A stretch of 64,000 bases of DNA, from the NCBI RefSeq assembly GCF_009914755.1, contig NC_060932.1. One strand, given 5' to 3'. The position numbers and the translations under genes are program-made. Origin of the DNA: the human T2T-CHM13v2.0 reference genome, Homo sapiens. Position 1 is the stretch's first letter; each line of letters opens with the position of its first letter. Positions 1 to 11,400 of the stretch are shown here, in pieces. A model generated the notes under the pieces. The model worked only from the letters and a program-made list of their open reading frames with translations, ran no database searches and was not told where the DNA came from.

Positions 1-89
1 GGATTGATTTGGAGGGATTGAATAAGATGCAGGTACATAGAAATCACTCAGGAAATGCAGCAACTCTTATAATTAATCTGCTATGTGTC

Positions 90-650
90 CCAGCCCATAG
101 TAATGACTGATTAGTTTTCTGTACCTGTAATTTTACCTTGGCAAGAATGTTATAAACATAAACCTACTCTCTTAAGTCTTGCTTCTTCTTTCACTAAGCA
201 TAATGCATTTGAGATTCATCTACTTTGTTCCTTGTTCCACATATTAATATTATTTTCCTTTTTATGCCAAGCAGTATTCTGTTATATGGATATGACACAG
301 TTTTTTTATTCATTCCTGTTTGAGGGATATTTGAGTTGTTTCCAGGTTTGGAGGATTATGAACAAAGCTACATTAAGCTACATAAAAGTTTTTAGGTGAA
401 CATAAGTTTTCATTTAACTTGATTTAATCTCTACAAGAGGGATTTCTGGTTTGTATGGTTAAGTGTACGTTTAATAATATAAAAGAAAAAAATCCTTATT
501 CCCAAAGTAGTTTTACTATTTTTCATTCCCACCAGAAATGAATGGAATTTTCCATTGTTCCACATTCTCTTTGTTACTTACTAGTTTCAGGATTTTGTTT
601 GTTTATATGTTTTGCCGATCTAATAGGTATGTAGTAGTGGTGTATTTTTT
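90..650 (-). mobile_element. L1M (MB/MC/ME) 3' region
   Basis: cactaagcataatgcatttgagattcatc; ttgagttgtttccaggtttgg; cattcccaccagaaatgaatg. Confidence 0.75.
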
Positions 651-2419
651 TAATAATAAATGATACTTTAAAGCATATTAATGTATAAAACAGTCTTTAA
701 ACTAACTTGGAATTATAAATTTGTACATTTTCTTTTAAGAAGACTTCACATTTTCTTCTTTAGATATTTCCAGGGGAGAAACTTTTTGTGTTTAATTTTA
801 TTTTCTGTGCTAATGTGAGATCTCTACAGATTCAAAAGTAAATAAGAAACGGTTTCTGATTTCAAGTTGTTCATAATTTGTCAAAGGCACTGAGGTGGAG
901 CCCAAAATTTTGGCCTCGGAATATATTGGAGAGAAAACAGAGTCCAGTGTAGCAACTGAATGGATAAATGTTGCTGATTGGTGAATAAGGATTAGAAAAG
1001 TAGTTGTGATGTTCATAACAATAAAGTGGAAGAAAGCTTTGAAAGGTCAGATTTAGAGATTGAAAAATAATTTTATTTTTGAGCTAGCTACAAAAATGTT
1101 TATTCTTTTGAGTTTGCTTTAAAGCCCTCAGGCATGAACGATCATGTATTTACATCTGTGGGAAAGGTGGCATAGTGAACTGTCGGAGCTAGAAGAACCA
1201 AAAAGAGGAAAAGAGCAGTGCACTAAATAAATCCTTAGACCTATGTCAAATCAGATCGGCAAATTTTGTTCACATTATGATTGATTTAAGTATCAATAAT
1301 GTTTATAAAAGTTTAGTAGCTTATCTAAATTCAAAATAGGGGTTTTCATTGTTTTCTTTAGACATATACGTCAATTCCTCATCCCACTGCCCATAGCAAT
1401 TCATATCTCAGGACTAGTATTGGGGCATTTGTAAGATTGGCTTTGGAAATTCCTCTCTGGGTTATAATTTATACAATGCTTTGCCCACAGCCACATATAG
1501 GTATATTTATTCCCTTGTTCACATCATAAAAATGAGCTGAAATTAAACATTAAGTAGAAAATATGAGAACAATGAAATGCTATTTAAACAAAAGGGAATA
1601 TCACTGAACATTTGGATAACAGGGAGCACCAACAAAGGCAAAAAGAAAGAAATGGAGGAAGAACCATGGAAATGCATTTGGGATGTTTGTTACTCTCCTA
1701 TGTGGTTTTCCTTTTCTATCTCCTCTAAAATTTAAATTTTCTTGTTATACTCATTTTTGTGTAAATATGAAAAAAGATTATAAATATACATCACTGTAAT
1801 AACATAGCTAAATTTAAATGGTAACAAACTATTTTATGGCTGTTCAGGTTTTAAATTAGGATCAGTTTATGTTAGCACTTGCAATTTGATTCTAATTAAA
1901 TGCTTCCAATTTAAATGCCGTACATAGAGTCTATTTTCTCTAGTATTAAATTCTTTATACAACGTTTATTGTCTGTTCTTTTTCTTTTCCTACAACCACC
2001 ATTTTTGCTTGCCTTCTACATGGGAGGAACTATGAAAGGCTGTGAAGACACAAAACCAAATAAGACCTAGTTCCTAACTTCAAGGTGCTTACAGTCAAAG
2101 ATGGGATAGTTTCCATGAGAGCTCCTCTGGAAGGAGAGACAGATGTTGAGTCAATAATTCCTGTGCTGCATTGAAGGGTGGGTAGGAATGCTTCTTCCCT
2201 CACAGGAAACAGCAAAAGGAAGCTGTGAACTACATTTTTGGTTGCAAGCTTGGAGGCAGAGGATACTCTACGTATTGTTTTTGTATTGGAAAGATCAAAG
2301 CAGGGAATAACAGAAAACAGGCCACAAAAGAACTCACGTGTCATGCTACAGACGTACCAATCTACCTGCCACTTACCGAGTGACAGCCAGCATCTTCTGT
2401 TGGTCAAGGGTAAAATATA

Positions 2420-2640
2420 ATGGTTTGTGGAACCAAAATGCCTGGCTTTCAGAACTTGTTCTCACACTTCTCTTATATGTGACCTCCTGTTCTACTCCTC
2501 AATTTTCTATCTGTAAAGGGAAGTGATGTGAAAGAGCCTACCTCATGAAGCTGTTGTGAAGGCTAAATATGTCAATGTTTGCAAAGCTAAGAAGGCTGTG
2601 GCCACATTGTAAGGACTTAGTACAAGTCAGCTATCATTTT
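2420..2640 (+). mobile_element. MIR
   Basis: cctcaattttctatctgtaaaggg...cctacctcatgaagctgttgtgaaggctaaat. Confidence 0.7.
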
Positions 2641-3595
2641 TATATTACTACATTGGTCAGTTAATTCTTCCTACAATTTTATTAGGTGAGTGTTATTGCC
2701 TACTTTACAGAAGAGGAACTCATATTCAGAGACTTTACCTGATAAAGCTAATATTACATGGGAAGTAAACGGTACCACCTAACAAAGAGCTAGTAGAGAC
2801 TGTCTTTTTCTGCAGTAAGGAAATAACGTCTCAAAGAGTATTGCCTCTGTAACTGTCTGGATTAGGGAATCATTGACCCTAGTTACGTAAAAAACTCCAA
2901 ATGAAGACAAGGAAAGTAACTAGCACATTGCAGAGATTTTTATTTTCAGTTAATGTTTGGAAACTCACATCTCACAGCCCAAAATGTCCATCTAATTTAT
3001 CAGCGAGCATTAGAGCTGATTGGATGCCTTGTCATGCAAATATGAACAAGGAATCTCATCACAGTTGAAGAGCTTGGAATGTATGAGCTTAATGCATGTC
3101 TACTCAGTCTGTACATATGAAACATTTAGTCCCTTGCTTGGTATAGAGCGTGCTCTCACATGCAGCCTTGTGATCACAATCTCGATGCCTGTAGGAGCCA
3201 GGCATGAGGGCGCTAAGTGAAGCAGCTGGCCTAATTCTATGTAGGTTTCTTAAATTTATTTTTGGGGTACAGTATCTTCTTCTTTGAGTTTATCTTGATG
3301 CACGTACCCCCTGTGTTTAGCTTTAAATTTTCCACTTCTGACGTAGGCATGGATATAAAAAATGCTTCACCTACTTCTTAATTACATACTAATAAATAAA
3401 ATAACACAAACTCGATGATAGCAACCTCCAGTGGCAGCAAAATGGTAGAGAACAGGGCAAGTAATGATGAAACAGATACTATGTGTCCAATATTGTCAGT
3501 TTTCCTAACTTTTACCCAAAGCCAGAGGAGTGAATTTTTTGTTTTATCTTATTTTCCTTTGTGTGAATAAGTATTCAAATAAAAAACACAAAACA

Positions 3596-3920
3596 GGCTG
3601 GGTTCAGTGGCCCATGCCTGTCATGTCAGCACTTTGGGATGTCAAGGCAGGAGAATCACTTGAGGCCAAGATTTTGAGACCAGCCTGGGCAACATAGTGA
3701 GACTCCATCTCTACAAAATATAAAAATGTTAGCCGGGCATTGTGGTGCGTGTCTATAGTCCTAGATGCTTGCGAAGCTGAGGCGGGAGGATCCCTTGAGT
3801 CCAGGAGTTTGAGGCTGCAGTGAGTCCTGATCATTTCTTTGCACACTAGCCTGAGCAACAGAGCAAGAGCCTGTCAAAGAAAAGCAAACAAACAAGCAAA
3901 AAAACAACAATGAAAAAAAA
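3596..3920 (+). mobile_element. AluJ (Jo-like)
   Basis: Dimeric Alu with gagaccagcctgggcaacatagtgagac, ggagtttgaggctgcagtgag and an A/C-rich tail. Confidence 0.93.
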
Positions 3921-4639
3921 CACCACACACACCCAAAACAAGAACATCAAGACAAAACATTATATAGATCAAGGGTATCTGAACGAGAAAAAACAACAGG
4001 TTGTTTGATCTCCCAGTTAGCCTTCTTCTGTTTAGGTAAGGAGAATACCAGCAGAGTTTTCAGCAGGAAAGAGAAATGGTTAGGTATGCACGCTAGATAC
4101 ATCATTCTAGCAGATCCATTTGTCTACCTGTTTTATCACTCTAGAGGTGGTACTGAAACTATGGAAGAAGATATTTCTAGAAACCACAGATATAGTGGAA
4201 CAAACAAGGAGGCTATGGCTTAACTCTGGGTAAAGCCAATAATAGGAGACAAGCGTCCATGCAAAAAACAATAGGAATGATCAGAGAGGAAAAGTAAATT
4301 TAAGTAATTTAATTGCTTAACACACTTCAGAAGGACCCAGTAAGATAAACTTTGAAAAATGCCATTTTGTTTTGGCACCTTGAATTTACTCAGAAATGGA
4401 TATGAGAACTTTTGGTAGAGTGAAAGAATTATAATGGCTGATGTATGCTATTCTTTTGAGAACTTAGATTAGAAAGAAACCAGTGATGAAAATCAATGCT
4501 TAGACAGTGAATTAAGTACCAGGAAAGGGTTTATTTTTACAAAAGGGACTTAAAAGTGTTTATTATTAGAGTTATGTCTCTAATGTTTACCCAAAAGGTG
4601 GAAATAAATTGCCATTTTTTAGCAATGACCAAAATCCAG

Positions 4640-4770
4640 GTACTGATGCTCCAAGTGTTACTAGATTATCACATTAATTCTCACAACCATGTTGAAAGAT
4701 AGCTTAACATTCTGTTTTAGATGTAGAAAACTTAATTTCAAAGACGTTAAATATCTTTCAGGAAGTTCCA
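4640..4770 (-). mobile_element. MIR
   Basis: ttaattctcacaacc...gttttagatgtagaaaact. Confidence 0.55.
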
Positions 4771-4773
4771 TGA

Positions 4774-4854
4774 AGCTTTTTAATTTTAATTTTTAAAGTG
4801 ACATAAAATGTATGTATTTATCATCTACAACATGTTTGAAGTCTATATAAATTA
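4774..4854 (-). mobile_element. Very short L1M(A)-type 3' tip with a 15-bp TSD
   Basis: Direct repeats caggaagttccatga (4759-4773) and caggaagttacatga (4855-4869) flank a T tract plus gacataaaatgtatgtatttatcatctacaacatgtttgaagt. Confidence 0.7.
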
Positions 4855-6019
4855 CAGGAAGTTACATGACTTTATAATCAGTATTTTTTCTTTTGTTTGC
4901 CATCCACTCAATAGTGGTTCTAGAAAAAATGTAAGTGAATTTAGAAGGATATCTAATATATAATTATGAACAGAAGACAACTCGTCTCTTTTTTCATCGC
5001 ACACTGCCAGAGCAATATATTTTACTTTTAAACTTTAGTATTAAAACTGTAGTACGTGTTTTATTTCCTTCCTGCATATCATAGTTCTATGTTTGTTTGG
5101 AAATTAAATCATTAAAAAGTTTTTCTCACTTTCCATCCAGATAAACAAAAAAAAGAATGGTTAATACTGATACTTAATAATAATTTATATTTTGTTATCA
5201 ATAATGAATTATATTATAAAATATATAGCTTCACATTTTGTCAGGATTAAATTACTTTCATTTCATTTACTTGCAATGTGTTTGCATTAATTGAAAAACG
5301 TGGGCTCCCTCTTGTGACAACATCAATGATTCTATATTTCTTTTGGAGCCACACTAAGTCACCTGTCTATGTTCTTTAATTTTTCACAAGTAAAGTTATA
5401 TATAATTTTATATAATAATGTAATAGTATTCTTTTTTTGATAATTCATTCTACTTTTTTAAAAGGAGGCCAATATTTGATAATATTTGATTCTGATTATT
5501 GTTTAAAGATTTATATAATATTTAAAAATATTGATTTTCAAATTTATATTGAAAATATCAAGGAAAACAGGAAATGACAAATTTAGATTTCCTTGTTTTA
5601 TATTTTATATGCGATATTAGCTGTTTTGGTTGGCATTCCAAGATATGCACATAATTTACTTTATATTCTACGTGTTCCCTGTGTTTGATATGTGTGCTTA
5701 TATTTCTCAAAATGCATGGTGCTCCTCTCTGTTTTTCTCTGCAAACTATTCATGTGTATTATTTCCACATGCCTCAAGGAAGTAGCATACATATTGAACT
5801 ACCCATAATGGGAATACCCATAATGAGATCAAAGAAAGAAAAAAAATCATAGTTCTTTTTTAAAAATGAAAGCATTATGTGCTGTTTATAAATGTGATTG
5901 TGTTTGTGTGCTTGAAAGAGTATAGTGGGTGCAAAAAAAAAGGAAAAATACAGAATCGTTATATTCATGGATCTAGCTCTGGAAGGGCTTTTTAGGGTTA
6001 TTTCAATAGTACGCTGTTA

Positions 6020-6135
6020 ATTAAGAGACCTGGATTTAATCTTTGCTGTCTCATGGACCATCTGTATGGGATTGGGCAAGTCATGTTTCTTCCTGGTATG
6101 TCAATTTTATCATCTGTTTAATAAGATAATTGCAT
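6020..6135 (+). mobile_element. MIR fragment
   Basis: gagacctggattt...ttgggcaagtca...ttttatcatctgt. Confidence 0.55.
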
Positions 6136-8111
6136 TAAATCAACTTATTCTCTGCATGAACACATCTGTAGGAAATAACATATTTTCCTGGCTCAGTTGA
6201 GTATTGATTATTAAGAATATGTCTGTGGGGTGATGGAATAGGGACTTTGGTCGTGGCAGGCTGTGAATATAAAGTTGTCAAGAGAGAGGGCTGTCCAAGG
6301 TGAATATGAAATTTCAGGAGCTGAGGGGGTGCCATGCAGGGGGCATTCCCATTCCCCACTTATTAATTATAAATAAGCTTGATTCTCAGTTCTGTTATCC
6401 AAGATTCTGTAAGGCCAAAAGCATTTTGGCAATGCCATACTGATAGGTAATATGAGAACCAAAACTGCAATAAAAATTGTTAATATTTTTTATTTCTATA
6501 ATTCACACGCTACCGAGCATTTTGCCAGAGTCAAAAAATATAGGCTGCAAATTGCGCACTAATTTCAAAAGCTTAAAATGCAGTTCAGGAGTTCCCCTTT
6601 CCACCCCAGGTCCCATCAGTCCACATTTTTTTGTCACAGGTCTGCTTTAGTTCATTATATTACTTGTCTGATTCCAGGAGACATCTGAGTTTGTGGCCCT
6701 AATTAACATATCCGGGACTGTTTTTTATGACCTATGTAACTGTTGTTGGATTTGGTTCTGAGGACTTCTGTGCCACCTGCTCCAATAAGACTGAGACACA
6801 GACTCTTCTAGGGAGCAGCTGTCACTTTCTTCACCTACTCAGGAACACATTCCGGTTCTGAATCTTCGTGTCTGGATCCCTTCTTTCCTTTCTTTCATAT
6901 TCCTGCATTCCTCTCTGTTTTGGGTGATACCTAAATGCGTGGCCTGCTTGGTCTTGGAGCTCACTTTTGTTTCAGCATGCCATGTCTCAGGTCACACACA
7001 GGCCCACAGTGTGTGGCCCACAGCCCAGTCTCTCCCTTTAACCTCTACCTTATCCTAGGCCTGATTTGTTTGAGAGAGTAAATCAGTCTCAGGCTAGGAA
7101 TGAACAACAGCAATGGGTGGCTGTCCTCTCATGGTTAACACACTTCCATCCATTCATTCCTTCATTTACATCAAAAATATTTATTGAATGACTACGGTGT
7201 ATTCATTACATTCTCGTTGCTTCAAGAAATTTGTGATTGAATGAGGACACTTTGTGGGAAGCTCAGGACAGAGAACTGGTTCTGATTGCTCAGGCAGATG
7301 TGACAAAGTAATGTGGTACTTTATTTGGGTATATTAGTGTGAATAGTCAGAGCTGAACTTGCAGTTATGTGTTTGTTCATTAAAGAAAATCTATGGTTCA
7401 CCTTCTACATGAAAACTGTTTTAAGATTCTAGTGAGAAAGACTGACATGGAGGAAGTGAACGCATTATAATGTATAATATTACAGGGGCTAGGGGAAGAA
7501 AATGTAAGGTTTTGTGTATTAGCAACAGAGAGAGCGAGAGTGAGGAGAGAGAGAGAGAGCACTGCCTGGTAATCTTTGAGAGAAAGATTTTGTTTACTAG
7601 ATCATTTGTCATAACATATAGTTAAATTTATACATGAGTGACCAGGGAATAATGTCAGTTTTCTGTTAAATTACTGGTAAGGGACTCCAAAAGGGAAGGA
7701 GTGGCCTCTCATATTATCTTTATTAGCAACCACCCTCCAGCCCACCCTTCCACACATACCTAGTGTCATATCCTAAGTGTTATGTATGTATGTATGGCTT
7801 GTGTTTGTGTGGAGGTGTACAAGCATGAATGAGTCTATGCACAAATACAAGCCATATAACGTTGTGCCTGTGGTGGGCAGAGAGTTTAAGCATGCTCCAA
7901 TTTTAGTTGTTGAGACGTTTGAAATTATGTGCAACTCATGGACAATTTCAATTTGATAACTCGTTAAAAATAATGTTAGTTTTTAAAAAGATACCTATTC
8001 TCTTGCCTCAATTGCATTTCTGCCCCCGCCCCCATATAGTGCACCACTTATGAAGAGAGGTGATGAAAAACCTTCATACAGGATTATTCACTTGATAGAA
8101 TTGTTGTCATT

Positions 8112-8413
8112 TAACAAAGCACTGCTACACGCTTTTTCTTCAGTAAGTAACTAACTTCAAGGAGTATTGCCTCTATTAACTCTCTGAATTGTGGGATCCT
8201 TGACTCTAGTTAGGTAAAAACTGCAAAATGAAGACAAGGAGAACAAGTAGCTGTCTTTTTTGACTCATAGAGATTCGTACATTTTGTTTTTAGGACCTCA
8301 CCTCTTATAGCGTAAAAATCTTGGGATATATGAGCTTTGAGTATGTCCATTCCCTCTATGGATTAAAAACCCTGAGTGCCCTGTTTGGTATAGAGTAGGT
8401 GTTCTGGTCATGC
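8112..8413 (+). repeat. Diverged direct duplicate of 2780-3163
   Basis: Shared blocks include ctttttct.cagtaag, gagtattgcctct, ctagtta.gtaaaaa, aaatgaagacaagga, tatgagctt and ttggtatagag. Confidence 0.85.
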
Positions 8414-11400
8414 TAGGTTCTTCTCCTTTCTTTTTACTTTGCATTCTTCAAAAACAAAACAAAGCAAAAAACCGTCAGAATCTGCAGCCTGATTATAGGT
8501 AACTTTTATCCTCAGGTGTCATGTTAATATGCGAATATCCAGCAAGCATGTGGTCCAATCCCATTCAGATAATGGAATGTGAGTATTAAGCTTGTAGCAC
8601 AGGGCTTTGTTAGCTGTTAGTTTTTTTGTTTTTTTTTTTTTTTTGCTGGTGTGCTAATTGCAAAGTGATCTCCTCTCAGGACATTAAAAAATAAGTCCTT
8701 AAAAAACATAAGTTTGGGTCACCTAAAATCTGTGTGTATTTACATTTCTTTTATTTTTTTCTTTTAGTTAATTGCTATTTTAATACAGGGCAGAGCAGGA
8801 CTGCAGGAGGTGAGGTCCCCTTAGCAAATGGCAACAGTGGGGAGCTTTGAAGCACTTAGCACCCACTACAGCAGGAAGAGCAGGGATGTCATGTTCCTTG
8901 ATTATTCCTGGAAAAGAAAAAGCACAGGATCCTCCTTGAGTGCTGCTTGCAAAGCTGTCTCTTAAAACCCCTTTCATTTATGGTTGTATTGTGCCTTCCA
9001 CCTTAAGTGTCCCTGTATGTTGTTTGACTAAATCTAGGGGCTGAAAAAGGGATTTTCTCCTTTTAACTGTTTAGTGCCTTCATATAGTGGTTCCCAATCC
9101 TGGCTCCCTGGCTTAGCTTTTGGAAGCTTTGCTCCCCCTGAGACTTTCTAAATCAGAATTTCTAAACTTCAGCCTCTTGAAGCTAAGGTTCAGAGCCAAT
9201 GCATTTTCATAGAATGGATGTTTAGTAAATCTCAACTGAGAAACATGGACTGAATTAAATTTTTATATTTTACCTGAAATATACTCTCTACCTTGATTGA
9301 TTTGTTTTATAAATTGTATTCCTCTCATCTAATCTTTTGAATTTGTTCATAATATGAGAAGGCACTAAGATGAGGTGACATATGGTAGTATGTTGTATAC
9401 ATAGAGTTTCTCTCACTTGCATCATTATTGCATTTACCACATTTTTTGCAAATATTTAAATCTTCAGTAGACTAAGAAATCTATAATTCAGGGACCATAT
9501 TGTCCTCATTTCATGTCCCAGGACACAGGCTCATGTCTGAACGCATAGAAGGCGTTCAGAAAAAAAAATGAACAAATGAGTTATAGCATTGTTGTAGATT
9601 TGTGTCTAAAATATATATGAAAAGTTCTATAATTATTTTAATTTTTACATATAATTAAAATTTATAGATATTGCTCCAGAAACTACTACTAAAATGATAC
9701 AGCTTATGTTATTGGATCAGAATTCTATAAAACTAATAAAGGAAATATAATTTGGTTTTGATGCAGTTTACATATATATTAAGGAATGATTACTAAAAAG
9801 ATGCTTTTTAGTAATCTGGGAGAACTGGGAAACTTTTGACAGGGGAAATCAAAAATGTGCAGTCCAGTGAAGAATTAAACTACTGGGAGTAATAATATGG
9901 GCTGATGCACTCAATATAGCAGTAATGCCCTCTGAGAAGGATAGGAAATAATTCAGTTCCTCCAGGCTGCATGGAAGCTAAATACAGTATGACAAGAAAT
10001 AGTAGCAGTACTCATTATGTCTGATTGCTAATTACCTCTTTGAATGATTCAGTTATGCCTGCTACTAGATAATTAGTTTAGTAATTTATGGCTGCGGCAC
10101 AAACTAGTATTTTAATTTTTGCAGCACCATTTTCACAATACCTACAGTTCAGATAATACCTTTTTAATTCAATGTTAAATTGCTTTTTTGAAGACCTATA
10201 AAAGAGCAAATATTCTTGCATTTTTTTCTACTTGTATTTCATGAAAAAGTTAGGCACTTTATGGAATTTTATTTAACTTTAAACTCCAGAAAAATAACAT
10301 CTTCTTAAGTCATGTCTTATTATGGTTAATTTTGCCAATTTTGTGGGCAAAGGGGTGAAATTTTCAAAAAGATTCCATCAAATTACTCAATATAACAGTT
10401 GCCAAATTTCATTTTTCAAAAAGACATTAAAAAATTGATAATAAATCTTTTCTTTTTACACATTTCTACTTCATACATGGGGTTCTGCTTATGTCTGGGT
10501 GTCTGTTCCCAATGCTCAGGAGCTGCAAACTGAGTACAGCTTTTCTGCATTCCCAACCAATTTGGTGTGGTCCACAGGCAAGTCAAAAGCTATCAGATTA
10601 AGTAAGAATATTTCAAGTAAGCATTTCCAATTTCTATTTGGGTAAATAAGATTAACTCTAGCCAAAGAGAATATAATTGAGTCTCTATGGCTTAAAGTTT
10701 GGCCTTGGGTCAGTATCCTCTTGAATTCACTTTTTTGTTCTCTAATATTCCAACTATATTTCTGGGTTTTATTGGTGAAATAAATATGTAATTATCTAAA
10801 ATTATTTTGTCATCTTTCATAAACATTCATTTTTAGTTCCGTATCCCCACTACTCTAGTGCAGTTAGTGATATAAAAATAAATCAGAGCAAGAGAGAGAA
10901 AGACGGAAACTGATATAGTATGCTCCCCAATTCTGATGACTGTAATATATTTTCAGGTCACAGCCCAAAGACAACATTGATCAATTAAATTCACATGACA
11001 ATTTCAACTTACTCATATATTTATTTTCATTTATATACAGAATGTACATATTTGCCAAATTGTTGAGTGATATTGTGAGTTAGGAATTGATTTTAAAATA
11101 TCCCTTGCCTAGGTGTTGGATTATCAGGCTTGAATTCTTAGTAGCTGATGGAAAAGTTGCCACTTTAAGATCAATATAATTAAGACTAGATAATTTTCAC
11201 AATGAAAGAGAGCATTGAAATGCTTAGAATAACAAATAAAATTTTGCATTAAATACTGGGTTTTGCCATCCCTAACAGATCAAAATGAATGCTTTAAAAT
11301 TAATAAGGGGCACTGCTAAACACATTGCCTTATGGCTAAGAGTTTATACCTAGCATCTTAAAATTAAGAATATTTGGCATTACTTATTCCCATTTGCTTT

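Noticed and set aside
2030-2526. Cluster of overlapping 60-125 aa ORFs
   Set aside because: There is no recognisable domain, the starts are non-ATG or weak, and part overlaps MIR or L2-like sequence.
2780-8413. LTR pair flanking a provirus
   Set aside because: I see no TG...CA ends, primer-binding site, polypurine tract or retroviral ORF remnants, and the spacer holds MIRs and ordinary genomic sequence.
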